Source: Candidatus Poribacteria bacterium
Lineage (GTDB): Bacteria; Poribacteria; WGA-4E; PCPOR2b
DNA: 64,000 bases
Assembly (NCBI GenBank): GCA_965218095.1
Contig: OZ244587.1
Location: forward strand, 64,001-128,000
Direction of reading: 5' to 3'
Under the pieces are notes generated by a model. It was not told the DNA's origin. It made no database searches and was given only the letters and a program-made list of their open reading frames with translations. Both the position numbers and the translations under genes were made by a program. Positions within the stretch are counted from its first letter, which is position 1. Each line of letters begins with the position of its first letter. Shown one piece after another: positions 39,329 through 48,616 of this stretch.

Positions 39329-40320
39329 AGCATGATCCGTGAAACGTGAAGCGTAATACCAATTCGATTTAAGAATTGTGCCTTCCTGTCATCAATCGGG
39401 AGAAAGACATTGTAAGACGCAACTAACTCAGTGGGACGATATGACAGCTTGACGCGCTTGATGTTTTCTAAGCCGGAATCGTCCATTGCATTAATCGATG
39501 GATAGGCTGTTTGCTCGCGGCAAAATTCCCTGAAAAGAAATTGCGCCAGCCCCTTAATTCGTAAATCGGTCACCTCGAAAAGGACGCAGAAAATCTCGCT
39601 GTTGAGGGGATACCCAAAAGTATATCCTTTCAGTTCACCATCAATGAGAATGACCCTGCCGACCAAGCTCAATTCTTCGTAGTTCAAGAGACCTGTGTGG
39701 TGGGCGTGTCGGGAATCCGCCAACATCGCCCGATAAACATCGTCGTCGGACTGTGCATGTCGCGCCCCTTGCCATGATTCGTAGAGCGCAAGGCAATCTG
39801 CAAAATGAGCGGGTTGATACGGCTGTATCCAAACGGAAGGATAACTTCGGACGAAGGCGTTATAAGCCGCCCGCTTGCTTTTGTAACGATTCCCCTTGAG
39901 TTGGATTAGCGCCTCCGTTTCGTAGAGGTATTCCGTCTCTTTCTGGACGGTATGGAAGCCCATTTGACGGAAAAAGGAAAGACGATCCGCCGGGACGTTT
40001 TCAATCCGTGTAATCTGCTTTCCGCGATTTGACTCAAGCATAAATCCATAAGCTTCGTGAATTGCCCTTTCACTCAGCGACTCTCCCATTGGCATGATCG
40101 GCATGAAGTAGTCGTTACCTTGCTTGGCGAAAACACAGAACCGGTCGTCGGTTATTGTCCAATAAAAATCAAAGAGATTTCGCCAGACGTAGAGCGGCGC
40201 AAACGCATAGTTCGATAATTTCGTGGGCGTTTGGCGAGCATACCGATCGAAAAGAGGTTTATCCCTTAGCGTAAGCGGCCGTAGCACCTTTCGACGAATT
40301 CTGCAATCTTCAATCTTCAA
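39325..40320 (-). CDS. DUF2156 / phosphatidylglycerol lysyltransferase-type dual GNAT domain
   Basis: EYLY...L..LKGNRYKSKR..YNAF, KGLAQFL, INAMDDSGLENIKRVKLSYRP; TTG start lies in a heptamer repeat. Confidence 0.8.
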   Translation of the reverse strand: MKIEDCRIRRKVLRPLTLRDKPLFDRYARQTPTKLSNYAFAPLYVWRNLFDFYWTITDDRFCVFAKQGNDYFMPIMPMGESLSERAIHEAYGFMLESNRGKQITRIENVPADRLSFFRQMGFHTVQKETEYLYETEALIQLKGNRYKSKRAAYNAFVRSYPSVWIQPYQPAHFADCLALYESWQGARHAQSDDDVYRAMLADSRHAHHTGLLNYEELSLVGRVILIDGELKGYTFGYPLNSEIFCVLFEVTDLRIKGLAQFLFREFCREQTAYPSINAMDDSGLENIKRVKLSYRPTELVASYNVFLPIDDRKAQFLNRIGITLHVSRIML

Positions 40321-40331
40321 TCTTCAATCTA
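40304..40331. repeat. heptamer tandem repeat (CAATCTT)3 CAATCTA at a gene junction
   Basis: Read directly; contains both the ykgJ-like stop and the DUF2156 start. Confidence 0.9.
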
Positions 40332-40876
40332 CAATTAGCCAACGTACGGTTCAACTTTTCCAGGACACGGACAATTACCACATCCTTCTGATAAGGACCG
40401 ATGAGGCTCCAGTTTGCAGCAATGATTTCAACGACCGCATCCGATTCCAGATACTTCGAAATGTGGTCGATATAGCGTTGGAATGTCTCCGTGTGAATCT
40501 GCGCCTCACCATAAGGGCAGATCATGTCAACGCCGAGCATGACGTGGGTTTGGTCGTTGTTGTACATCAGCGCAAACGGATAGATCTGGCAGTCCAGCGG
40601 ACGGATGGGGTAGATTGTACATTCACTCGTCTCTGGGTTAAAGCACGGACAGATGTACATATCTTTATGCGGCTTGAGCCTAATCTGCACACTTTTTCCA
40701 TCCCCCGTCGGGCGGAACAAATTCGGATCAACCCCGTGCGCAATCGCTTTTTGGGTCTCCGCTTCCGTGAAAATTGGGGCAAGAAAGCTGTCTTGTTCAA
40801 GGAAACGACAACAGACATCACATGAGAAACAGACCTTGCTGGGTACAATTTGTTCGAGTTGAATCAGTTGACTCAT
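40310..40876 (-). CDS. YkgJ-family cysteine-cluster (Fe-S/Zn) protein
   Basis: CFSCDVCC, CPCF...CTIYPIRPLDCQIYPF. Confidence 0.88.
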   Translation of the reverse strand: MSQLIQLEQIVPSKVCFSCDVCCRFLEQDSFLAPIFTEAETQKAIAHGVDPNLFRPTGDGKSVQIRLKPHKDMYICPCFNPETSECTIYPIRPLDCQIYPFALMYNNDQTHVMLGVDMICPYGEAQIHTETFQRYIDHISKYLESDAVVEIIAANWSLIGPYQKDVVIVRVLEKLNRTLANCRLKIED

Positions 40877-42120
40877 CTTTGTTCCCTACCTGAGGCGGGT
40901 GATGAGAAATCGCGTTCTGTCCATTCCTCCGGATCGATCGCAACCCCGTTGATGACCATACCCCAATGGAGGTGTGAGCCCGTTACCTGACCCGTTGCTC
41001 CCATCAGCCCGATGCGTTGTCCCTTTTCGACGCGATTGCCGACCTTCACGTTCATTTCGCTGAGATGGTTGTAGCTCATCGAAACCCCTTGCCCATGATT
41101 GATAATCACAGCGTTTCCGTAGATATGAAGCGTGTCGGCAAGGGTAACAATCCCATGATTTCCGGCGTATACAGGCGTTCCCACCACATTCGCGATGTCC
41201 GTCCCGTAATGATGCCGACGGACCCCGGTGTTATATTCCCGATACTTCCCGAATGGTGACGTCAGCCTGCCTTCCGTCGGACGAATGAACTTCCCTTTCC
41301 AAAGCTGATCAGTTTCTTCATCCGCCTTCGCATACGCAGCCACGCGCTTGGCGTTGTCTTCCCTGCTTTTGGACTTGTCCATCATGATCTCTTGTTTTTC
41401 GGGGGACAGCGTGATGTAGCCGCCACGCGCAAAGGCCGTTTTGTTGACTTCTATCTGAAAACTCCGTTCAGCTTCATTGCCCACGAAATCTGTGGCGTTA
41501 ACCGTAAGAGGGTAGTTTTGGATGGCGTGCGTCACGCCAATCCCAAGCAAGGTGCGATATGTGTTCTCAGCATCGGTCGGATAGAGGGCAATTTCTCGAC
41601 CAAAGAGTTTCCCCGCAATTTCTGCGACTGGCTCGCCGGTTTGAACGAAGAGCGCGAGCGTCCTGCCTTGTCCAACGCGGAGCGATTCAGGAGCGACGTG
41701 AAGTTGGGGTGGGGTATTATCGATGTAAAATGGAAGCGTGTATTGTGCGCTATTTTTGCGCAAGGACTTATCTGTTGCCGTTACGGAAACAGTGTGTAGC
41801 CCATCGGCGAAGACAGCGGTTTGCAGTGTCCAAAAGGTAGAGTCACCTTCGAGGAGGCTCAATGGCTTCAGGGGACCATCATCGATCTGTACCGTAAGTG
41901 AGTCTAAGCCGGGTTTTTCGTCCCTTGCGGTGATGTTGAGCGTCAGAGAACCGCGATAACGCTTATCAGCCTCCAGTCCGCTCATTTCCAGCGTCGGCGG
42001 CGTGGAATCCAACAGACTGGGGGCAAAGTAGGCGCCGACCCCCAAAAGCAGGACGATAACCAGAATGGGGATTAAAATGCGTGCTTTGCGAAAGGCATTG
42101 TTTGGGGATAGCTCTTTCAT
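40873..42120 (-). CDS. M23 family metallopeptidase with N-terminal TM and Ig-like domains
   Basis: HYGTDIA, YGNAVIINHG, YNHLS, TGSHLHW; DSTPP/DNTPP Ig-boundary motifs. Confidence 0.9.
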   Translation of the reverse strand: MKELSPNNAFRKARILIPILVIVLLLGVGAYFAPSLLDSTPPTLEMSGLEADKRYRGSLTLNITARDEKPGLDSLTVQIDDGPLKPLSLLEGDSTFWTLQTAVFADGLHTVSVTATDKSLRKNSAQYTLPFYIDNTPPQLHVAPESLRVGQGRTLALFVQTGEPVAEIAGKLFGREIALYPTDAENTYRTLLGIGVTHAIQNYPLTVNATDFVGNEAERSFQIEVNKTAFARGGYITLSPEKQEIMMDKSKSREDNAKRVAAYAKADEETDQLWKGKFIRPTEGRLTSPFGKYREYNTGVRRHHYGTDIANVVGTPVYAGNHGIVTLADTLHIYGNAVIINHGQGVSMSYNHLSEMNVKVGNRVEKGQRIGLMGATGQVTGSHLHWGMVINGVAIDPEEWTERDFSSPASGREQR

Positions 42121-42209
42121 GGTTTGTATTCTCTTGTTGGGGCATGGAGAGGGTGAGCCCCACTCTTAAATGTTTCGACCGAGCACAGGGACCACTCTTG
42201 TTTTCTTCC

Positions 42210-43385
42210 CTAACATAACGATTCAAGGGATGCACCAGCCGGGCACGTCTCCGTCGGTCGCCAGGGGATGGAACTGTAAGAGCGATATACAACATCAAGA
42301 TGTGGTGTTTCCAGACGAATGTAGCCACGATAGCGTGAATCCAACGCGGCTTCAAGCACGCCCGATGTCAGCAGCGTCCGTTCAACGGGATAAGTTGGCG
42401 CCCCTGTGACGAACATCTCTTCGACATTCAGGCCGAGGTAGCTGAAGTGTGGGTGCGGAGGACGGTTTAGTAAATAGAATTCCGAGCCGTAGATCTCGCC
42501 TTCAACTCGCGCCGCATACGCTAAATCTACAACGTAGCCATTCAGCATCAAGGCTGCTCCCCGGAATCCATCACGGTATTCGACAAGGAACAGCGCAGGA
42601 TTTTTGCAGTGTTCTTCCATAGAACCATCAGGTTTGTTCTCAATCGGCGCACAAGCTGCTTCCGCCAATTCGCGTGACCAGAGCCCTTCCTTAGCAGCCT
42701 CCCACACTGCATCCCCTTCCAGACACGTCACGGCGGCAACACCGGTCTCGCCACCGACACGCCGCTCGACCATGCACTGAAGCGTCTCCAGCGTGTGAAA
42801 ACCGTAAATGTCCAGCCCCGAAAACCCGATCGAAATTGCCTCCTCGATTGGGGTGTCCAACGCATGCTCCAGCCACGGATTTCGATAAGCGAATGGCAGA
42901 GACGAACCTGCCATGAACGGCGCACCGAGTTGAGCCGCGCGATCGGCCATCCATTTGGCGTCGTGCCAGTTATAAGAGAGGTGTTTATCGTTGAAGACAG
43001 GGACAGCCCTACCGCTTGTTGAAAAGACGCCGCAGATCTGCTCCATAAAGTATTTGCGTGGATAGAGTTGCTGGTCTTTCTCATTCCATGCATAGTCACC
43101 GTGCTCCCCAATCAGGAGGACACCATCGACAGCGAGCTCGCTCCCACCAAGCGCCAGCGCCTTGACGATACTCGGATAGATTGGCACGTTATGCGCCGCG
43201 GCGATTTCTCGACTCAGATCATTTTCAGGAAATTGGTCCACATACATCGACACGATTTCGACACGCGGTTGAACCAACCCTCCATCCGTCGGAAACCCTT
43301 TCAAGAACTTGGTGACAATCACATCTGCATGTGAGTTTGGACGGTACTCAGTGATAATTGCTGCAATCTTTTTGCGCTCGGACAT
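42210..43385 (-). CDS. conserved hypothetical protein (Rossmann/Gfo-Idh-MocA-like)
   Basis: SHADVI, VDGVLLIGEHGDY, PVFNDKHLS, YGFHTLE, PVERTLL motifs. Confidence 0.7.
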   Translation of the reverse strand: MSERKKIAAIITEYRPNSHADVIVTKFLKGFPTDGGLVQPRVEIVSMYVDQFPENDLSREIAAAHNVPIYPSIVKALALGGSELAVDGVLLIGEHGDYAWNEKDQQLYPRKYFMEQICGVFSTSGRAVPVFNDKHLSYNWHDAKWMADRAAQLGAPFMAGSSLPFAYRNPWLEHALDTPIEEAISIGFSGLDIYGFHTLETLQCMVERRVGGETGVAAVTCLEGDAVWEAAKEGLWSRELAEAACAPIENKPDGSMEEHCKNPALFLVEYRDGFRGAALMLNGYVVDLAYAARVEGEIYGSEFYLLNRPPHPHFSYLGLNVEEMFVTGAPTYPVERTLLTSGVLEAALDSRYRGYIRLETPHLDVVYRSYSSIPWRPTETCPAGASLESLC

Positions 43386-43599
43386 GTAGTACTCTGTTAA
43401 ATAAGTTATGAGTAGTTGGCATAAAAGCGAGAGAACTTATCTCCTGCCTTATTGATGCTGAATCGCCAATCTACCTTAATTCGCTTTTGGTTGCGTCTAT
43501 TGACGCAGGCTTGTACCTCTCACTGTAGGGTTTATTTACCACCAATTCTTCGATTGAGGCACTGTCGGCTTATCGCTGACAGTTCAATCTTAGCCATAT

Positions 43600-45098
43600 T
43601 TAACCATGACCCATTGCATTGGTTGGCGTATCGTGCATCTCAAATCTCTCAGTTAGCTCCAACGCCAATTCTGCATTGAATTCCTGAAAGGTCAGCATGG
43701 CAAGCGTGCTATCGCCGTTGCTCACCCCGGCAACAGACGCTACTGCGAGCGTCACGCGATTTCCAGCGACACCCGGTGGCACAAAGAACGCGCCTGCTGG
43801 GAGGTAGTCGCCGTTGGCGCTCTCCACATAGCGGAGTGCGGATGTATCAAACTGCGCGGTTGCCTGATAGCCTGCCACGTTTTCTCCGTCATCAATGTTG
43901 AGGGAGAGCGTGAGTGGCTCTCCGATAGCAGGAGACGGCGCTGGGGAGGGCGAAACGCTCACAGTGGCGTTCGCGTTGGCTAAAGGAGCTCCCACAGGAG
44001 CACCATGCCGTCCGAACTCCTACTTGCCAGCGTCGCCCCATCGGGACTGAACACAATGCTCTCAACCCCATACACAATGCTCTCAACCCCATGCCCCGTG
44101 AGGGTTTTTTTGTGCGCGCCCGTGACGGCATCCCACAGGCGGATGGTCTCGTCAAAACTCCCACCACTTGCCAGCGTCGCCCTATCGGGACTGAACGATA
44201 CGCTCCAGACCCCTCTCGTATGCCCCGTGAGGGTTTTTTTGTGCGCGCCCGTGACGGCATCCCACAGGCGGATGGCGCCGTCCCCACTCCCACTTGCCAG
44301 CGTCGCCCCATCAGGACTGAACGATACGCTAGTGACCCCACCCGTATGCCCCGTGAGGGTTTTTTTGTGCGCGCCCGTGACGGCATCCCACAGGCGGATG
44401 GTGTGGTCCCAACCCCCACTTGCCAGCGTCGCCCCATCAGGACTGAACGATGCGCTAGTGACCCCACCCGTATGCCCCGTGAGCATTTTTTTGTGCACGC
44501 CCGTGACGGCATTCCACAGGCGGATGGCACCGTCCCCACTCCCACTTGCCAGCGTCGCCCCATCAGGACTGAACGATACGCTAGTGACCGAACCCGTATG
44601 CCCCGTGAGGGTTTTTTTGTACGCGCCTGTGACGGCATCCCACAGGCGGATGGCGCCGTCCCCACTCCCACTGGCAAGCGTCGCCCCATCAGGACTGAAC
44701 GATACGCTAGTGACCGAACCCGTATGCCCCGTGAGGGTTTTTTTGTGCACGCCCGTGACCGCATCCCACAGGCGGATGGTGTGGTCCCAACCCCCACTTG
44801 CCAGCGTCGCCCCATCAGGACTGAACGATGCGCTATAGACCCTATCCGTATGCCCCGTGAGCAGGGCGACCTCTTGATGGGTCACCGTATCATAGAGCCA
44901 AATGCCGATGGAACTGCTGACCGCGAGACGAGCTCCGTCGGGAGAATACGCGATATTGCCAGATATCGAGCCTTTGCCGATGCGTGCTTTGGCGCCTTCG
45001 GGTAAACCCCATTGCGTGTAATCTTGGGCGAAGCTGGTTGGTAGAAACAGGCTAGAAACAAAAAGGAGGGTTAAAATGGAAAATAACGTGGTTTTCAT
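43600..45098 (-). pseudogene. WD40-repeat + cohesin-domain protein, frameshifted near 43985 and C-terminally truncated
   Basis: Signal peptide, DYTQWGLPEGAKARIGKG, about 7 WD40 units; cohesin (ENVAGYQAT..FD..ALRY) continues in another frame. Confidence 0.8.
44090..44860 (-). repeat. about six near-identical 126-bp tandem repeats encoding WD40 blades
   Basis: Unit (plus strand) ...CCCGTATGCCCCGTGAGGGTTTTTTTGTG... recurs every 126 nt. Confidence 0.95.
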
Positions 45099-45387
45099 TA
45101 GATTCACTCCTTTTTTTGGGGTTCCGGCGTTTATTGAAATCCTGTAAACCCCTATCGATACTGAATTCTTCAATGTTTGACAACCCGATGGAATCGTGGA
45201 TTTTATTCGAGTTGCGCCAAAAAACGGTGTTTTTGGCTCCTTGAATTTCATCGACAGTTCCTCCTTCTAACTGCACTGTGAATTCAGTTTTGGCGAATGG
45301 GCTTCAAACCCTTGTAGAATCGGCGTTTTATGCCCCATGGCTTCTTGTTGTCAGAATTTATTTCACGCTGCAATAACCTTATATGAA

Positions 45388-45653
45388 TAGGACTTACGCA
45401 GTTGAACATTTGAAACCTTGTAGTTCGGCGATTTATCGACAGAAAACACAACTCCCGATTCCGTTGCGTTGGTTGGATTATTCTAATCCTTACAACATCG
45501 TGGATTCACGGTTTCGTAGTGAACGCAGATCTGCGTTCACTACAGAATTGTGGGTGCTCGGTCTTGTCAGTCCCGATGGAGTATCGGGCGAACGAGACCG
45601 GCACCTGGTGTCCCATGAGTCGGGCAACTACTATCTGAAGTGCGTAAGTCCTA
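45388..45653. mobile_element. MITE with TAGGACTTACGCA terminal inverted repeats
   Basis: Perfect 13-bp TIRs including TA; internal GTAG-type palindromes such as GTAGTGAACGCAGATCTGCGTTCACTAC. Confidence 0.8.
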
Positions 45654-46099
45654 ATGAATTAAAAGACTGACCACTAATGTAAAATCACACCAATCTCTCG
45701 CCCCACATGCCGGATATATTGCTGAGCGGAGGAACGCCTTCCGCTCTTCTGTCGTCTTTCCTAGACGTATGGCGGGACTCATCAGAATCATCTGACTCCT
45801 CCTAATCTGTTAAGGTTTGTGGAGCACGCCAATGCGATTGGTTTTCCACAGTTTGAGCGCAACTGCTTGCATCGGATCTATCGGGGTGAACATACCAAGA
45901 ATCGGGAGCAGAGACACGATGTGTCACATACTGGTTGTCCCCCTTTTGAAAAGGTGGCTTTGCACTCTAAATGAAATGTGAATGCTAGAACTGCCTTTCT
46001 TTACTTATACGCATGTTGGTCCACTTGCTATTGAGTTCCAAATGGGACTGAATACACGTTAGACATCTTCAATACGCGATACATCATACGCAATATTCT

Positions 46100-47134
46100 T
46101 CACGTTTCGTAAACCACGCCCAACTTGATGCTCTTCTCCGGCGCTTGATCGATGTCACGATAGGCTTCAGCCGATTCACTGAACGGGACAATCGGATGAA
46201 CCAAGTCTTCCGCCGAAAGGCGCTCTCCCCGTAGCAGCGCAAACGTCTCCGCATACAACCGCTGGGTGTTCCATAACGGATGGTCGCGCAAAGGTTCGCT
46301 CACATCACGGCTGGAGACAATCATCAGCCGATTGCGATGCCACTCGCCTTCAAGACTTAATGCACGGGCATCGCCCGTATAATACGCTGAAGAAACGATG
46401 GTACCGCCGTAGCCTGTTGCACGCAACGCGTCGTTTAGCCCGGCGTAAGTTCCGCTCGTTTCCAGCGAAATATCGACGCCGATTTTGTTTGTTTGTTCTT
46501 TGATAACAAGTCCAGCATCTTCGGTAATCGGATCGGCAACGAGATCCGCACCGTGCCGCTTAGCGAGCTCACGGCGGGTGGGAATCGGATCTGACGCAGC
46601 AATCCACCGTGCGCCTTGAAGCCGCGCAAGCTGCAATGCCATTTGTCCGATCGCACCGAGTCCAAACACCGCCACACGATCTCCCAGAGAGATTTTGCTA
46701 TATCGCACGGCGCAAAGGGCAACGCTTGCTGGATCTGAATACACGATGGCTTTGGCGGACATGCCTTCGGGGACTTTCTCCAAACGATCTTCGTGGACGG
46801 TGTGCGTTTCACAGATGGACAGGTGTCCGAAAACCCGAGCGCCAATCTGAAAGCGCGTGACGCCCTCGCCGACCTCAATCACCTCGCCGACAGTCATATT
46901 TCCCAATCGGATCGGAAATTTCGGCGCCCCCCCTTCTCCGATATGCATACGCCACTCCCCACTATAAGGGGACGTGTAGTCTTTTGTTTCGGCACGATAA
47001 CCGCGAAGTTCGGTGCCGTGTTTGGGGGCAGAAAAGATGCTTCGCAGCCGCACTTCACCGGGCTTGAGTGCCGGTTCCTCGTATTCACGGAGTATCGGCG
47101 TCCGCGGCGCAATCGCAATGAGTTCTTTGGGCAT
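46100..47134 (-). CDS. medium-chain (zinc-type) alcohol dehydrogenase
   Basis: HGTE, GEVIEVGEGV, VAVFGLGAIG Rossmann motif. Confidence 0.88.
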   Translation of the reverse strand: MPKELIAIAPRTPILREYEEPALKPGEVRLRSIFSAPKHGTELRGYRAETKDYTSPYSGEWRMHIGEGGAPKFPIRLGNMTVGEVIEVGEGVTRFQIGARVFGHLSICETHTVHEDRLEKVPEGMSAKAIVYSDPASVALCAVRYSKISLGDRVAVFGLGAIGQMALQLARLQGARWIAASDPIPTRRELAKRHGADLVADPITEDAGLVIKEQTNKIGVDISLETSGTYAGLNDALRATGYGGTIVSSAYYTGDARALSLEGEWHRNRLMIVSSRDVSEPLRDHPLWNTQRLYAETFALLRGERLSAEDLVHPIVPFSESAEAYRDIDQAPEKSIKLGVVYET

Positions 47135-47368
47135 TTTTAATTCCTTTCAAATGATGAAGTTTGATACAATAATCGGGTCATAACCGCCCCACGATGAATC
47201 ACTGGGTGACTTACTGCGTCCAATGAATCAGACTTTTCGTGATGACAATAACCCGATTGATGGGTTACCTACTTAATTGCTTAATCTCCATAATTTGACA
47301 GGTATCTGTGGGAACGGCCTCCCAACCGCGAAAATCGCGTGCGGGAGCACTCTCCCACAGTTCACATT

Positions 47369-48454
47369 TCACGTCAGCACTTCAACTAGCTGCCTGGCGA
47401 TAACCTCTTCCTCACCGGGCATCAGAGTCATCGGATTGAACACAATGGTGTCGCCGTCTCCGTTGCTAACAATGGAGGGGTTGCCCGCCCTCAATTCACT
47501 GTTAACCTGATGCGCTGTTCTTCCAAATGAGTCATCAAGAGTGATGTTCGCTGATGGATGCTGCCGTCCATTAACGACCTCCGCATGAACGCCATCAATT
47601 GATTGGACGGCCTGGGCAACGTGTGTCATTTGCGCATGCCACTCGGCATATTCCTCGCTTTCGTCTTTTGCAAGGAATAACTCGACCGCTGTTAGCAGCC
47701 CCATGATCTCCTCTTTGCCGACCTTCATGCCGCGCCCAATCGCACTGTGAGGGTTGGAGTTGAGGCACGCCGCTTCGACGAACTCCTTCTTCCCAAGGAC
47801 CAATCCGGAATTTTGTGGGCCCCGAATTCCTTTGCCACCACTGAAGTTCACCAGCGATACACCCATTCCAGCAATTTCCTTCAGGTTTGACCGAGGCGGC
47901 AGTTGCGCCGCGGCATCAACGACCACCGGCACACCGCGTGCCGCGGCTTCAGGGACAATCTGCGCAAGCTGCTCCGTCGGCTGCACACCCAAGAAGAACA
48001 CAATCGCCGCGGTATTGGGTCCGATTCCATCAATCATATCTTCCGCCGAAACCGATTCGCGCGTACCGACCCTGACCAACGTCCCGCCGACAGTCTCGAT
48101 CCCTTGATGGATGTAAGTATGCGCATCGACCATACTGATAATGAACTCGTTCTTTACACCGCTCGTGTCAGGCAGCTTACGAATCCGCTCCGGATCTGTT
48201 CCCGTCAAACATGCAGCGACGGAGACTTGCACGCCACTGGCGGCGCCACAAGAAACGAAGGCTGCTTCAACCCCGATCATCTGTGCCAATTTTTCGCCGA
48301 CCTTCTCGTGGAGTTCGTTGAGGTGGATGAAAGTACCCGCGGCTGCCCGCATGGCTTCGACGATTTCCGGCGGCATGATGCTGCCGCCGAGCGTGGTAAT
48401 GGTTCCACTCGCGTTGATAAAGGGTTTGATACCCAGATCTTTATACGTTAGCAT
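47369..48454 (-). CDS. SelA-like PLP-dependent enzyme (DgaE-like)
   Basis: INASGTITTLGGS, VDAAAQ, FSGGKGIRGPQ, GRGMKVGKEEI. Confidence 0.85.
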   Translation of the reverse strand: MLTYKDLGIKPFINASGTITTLGGSIMPPEIVEAMRAAAGTFIHLNELHEKVGEKLAQMIGVEAAFVSCGAASGVQVSVAACLTGTDPERIRKLPDTSGVKNEFIISMVDAHTYIHQGIETVGGTLVRVGTRESVSAEDMIDGIGPNTAAIVFFLGVQPTEQLAQIVPEAAARGVPVVVDAAAQLPPRSNLKEIAGMGVSLVNFSGGKGIRGPQNSGLVLGKKEFVEAACLNSNPHSAIGRGMKVGKEEIMGLLTAVELFLAKDESEEYAEWHAQMTHVAQAVQSIDGVHAEVVNGRQHPSANITLDDSFGRTAHQVNSELRAGNPSIVSNGDGDTIVFNPMTLMPGEEEVIARQLVEVLT

Positions 48455-48489
48455 TGAATCCTCCTATCTAATTGAGGCTTGGTTATAAT

Positions 48490-48616
48490 TTGACTTTGTT
48501 ACATTCGCCCCCCCAGCCCCCAATTCGGGGAGTTTGTGCGATTCTCCCCCCAACATTGGGGCGAGCCACCAGTAGATCCGCCGATGAGCTCTTTTCCTAC
48601 TTTCATACAAAGTCAA
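48490..48616. mobile_element. MITE family A copy 1 (TTGACTTTGT TIRs)
   Basis: TIRs TTGACTTTGT / ACAAAGTCAA; reverse-oriented homolog of 59220-59353 and 63573-63814. Confidence 0.8.

Noticed and set aside
44090-44860. Possible CRISPR array
   Set aside because: Contiguous coding repeats with no unique spacers and no cas genes
43892-45005. Long repetitive ORFs in alternative frames and on the opposite strand
   Set aside because: By-product of the 126-bp WD40 repeats being stop-free in several frames
45740-45790. Hammerhead-like CTGATGAG on the minus strand
   Set aside because: No stem II closed by GAAA and no matching stems I and III
45930-45970. c-di-GMP-I riboswitch-like GCAAA...GGGAC on the minus strand
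   Set aside because: Lacks the GNRA tetraloop and the second GCAAAG/P2 stem
47369-48454. selA (selenocysteine synthase) assignment
   Set aside because: Too short, lacks the SelA N-terminal domain, and no selB or selC nearby; called SelA-like only
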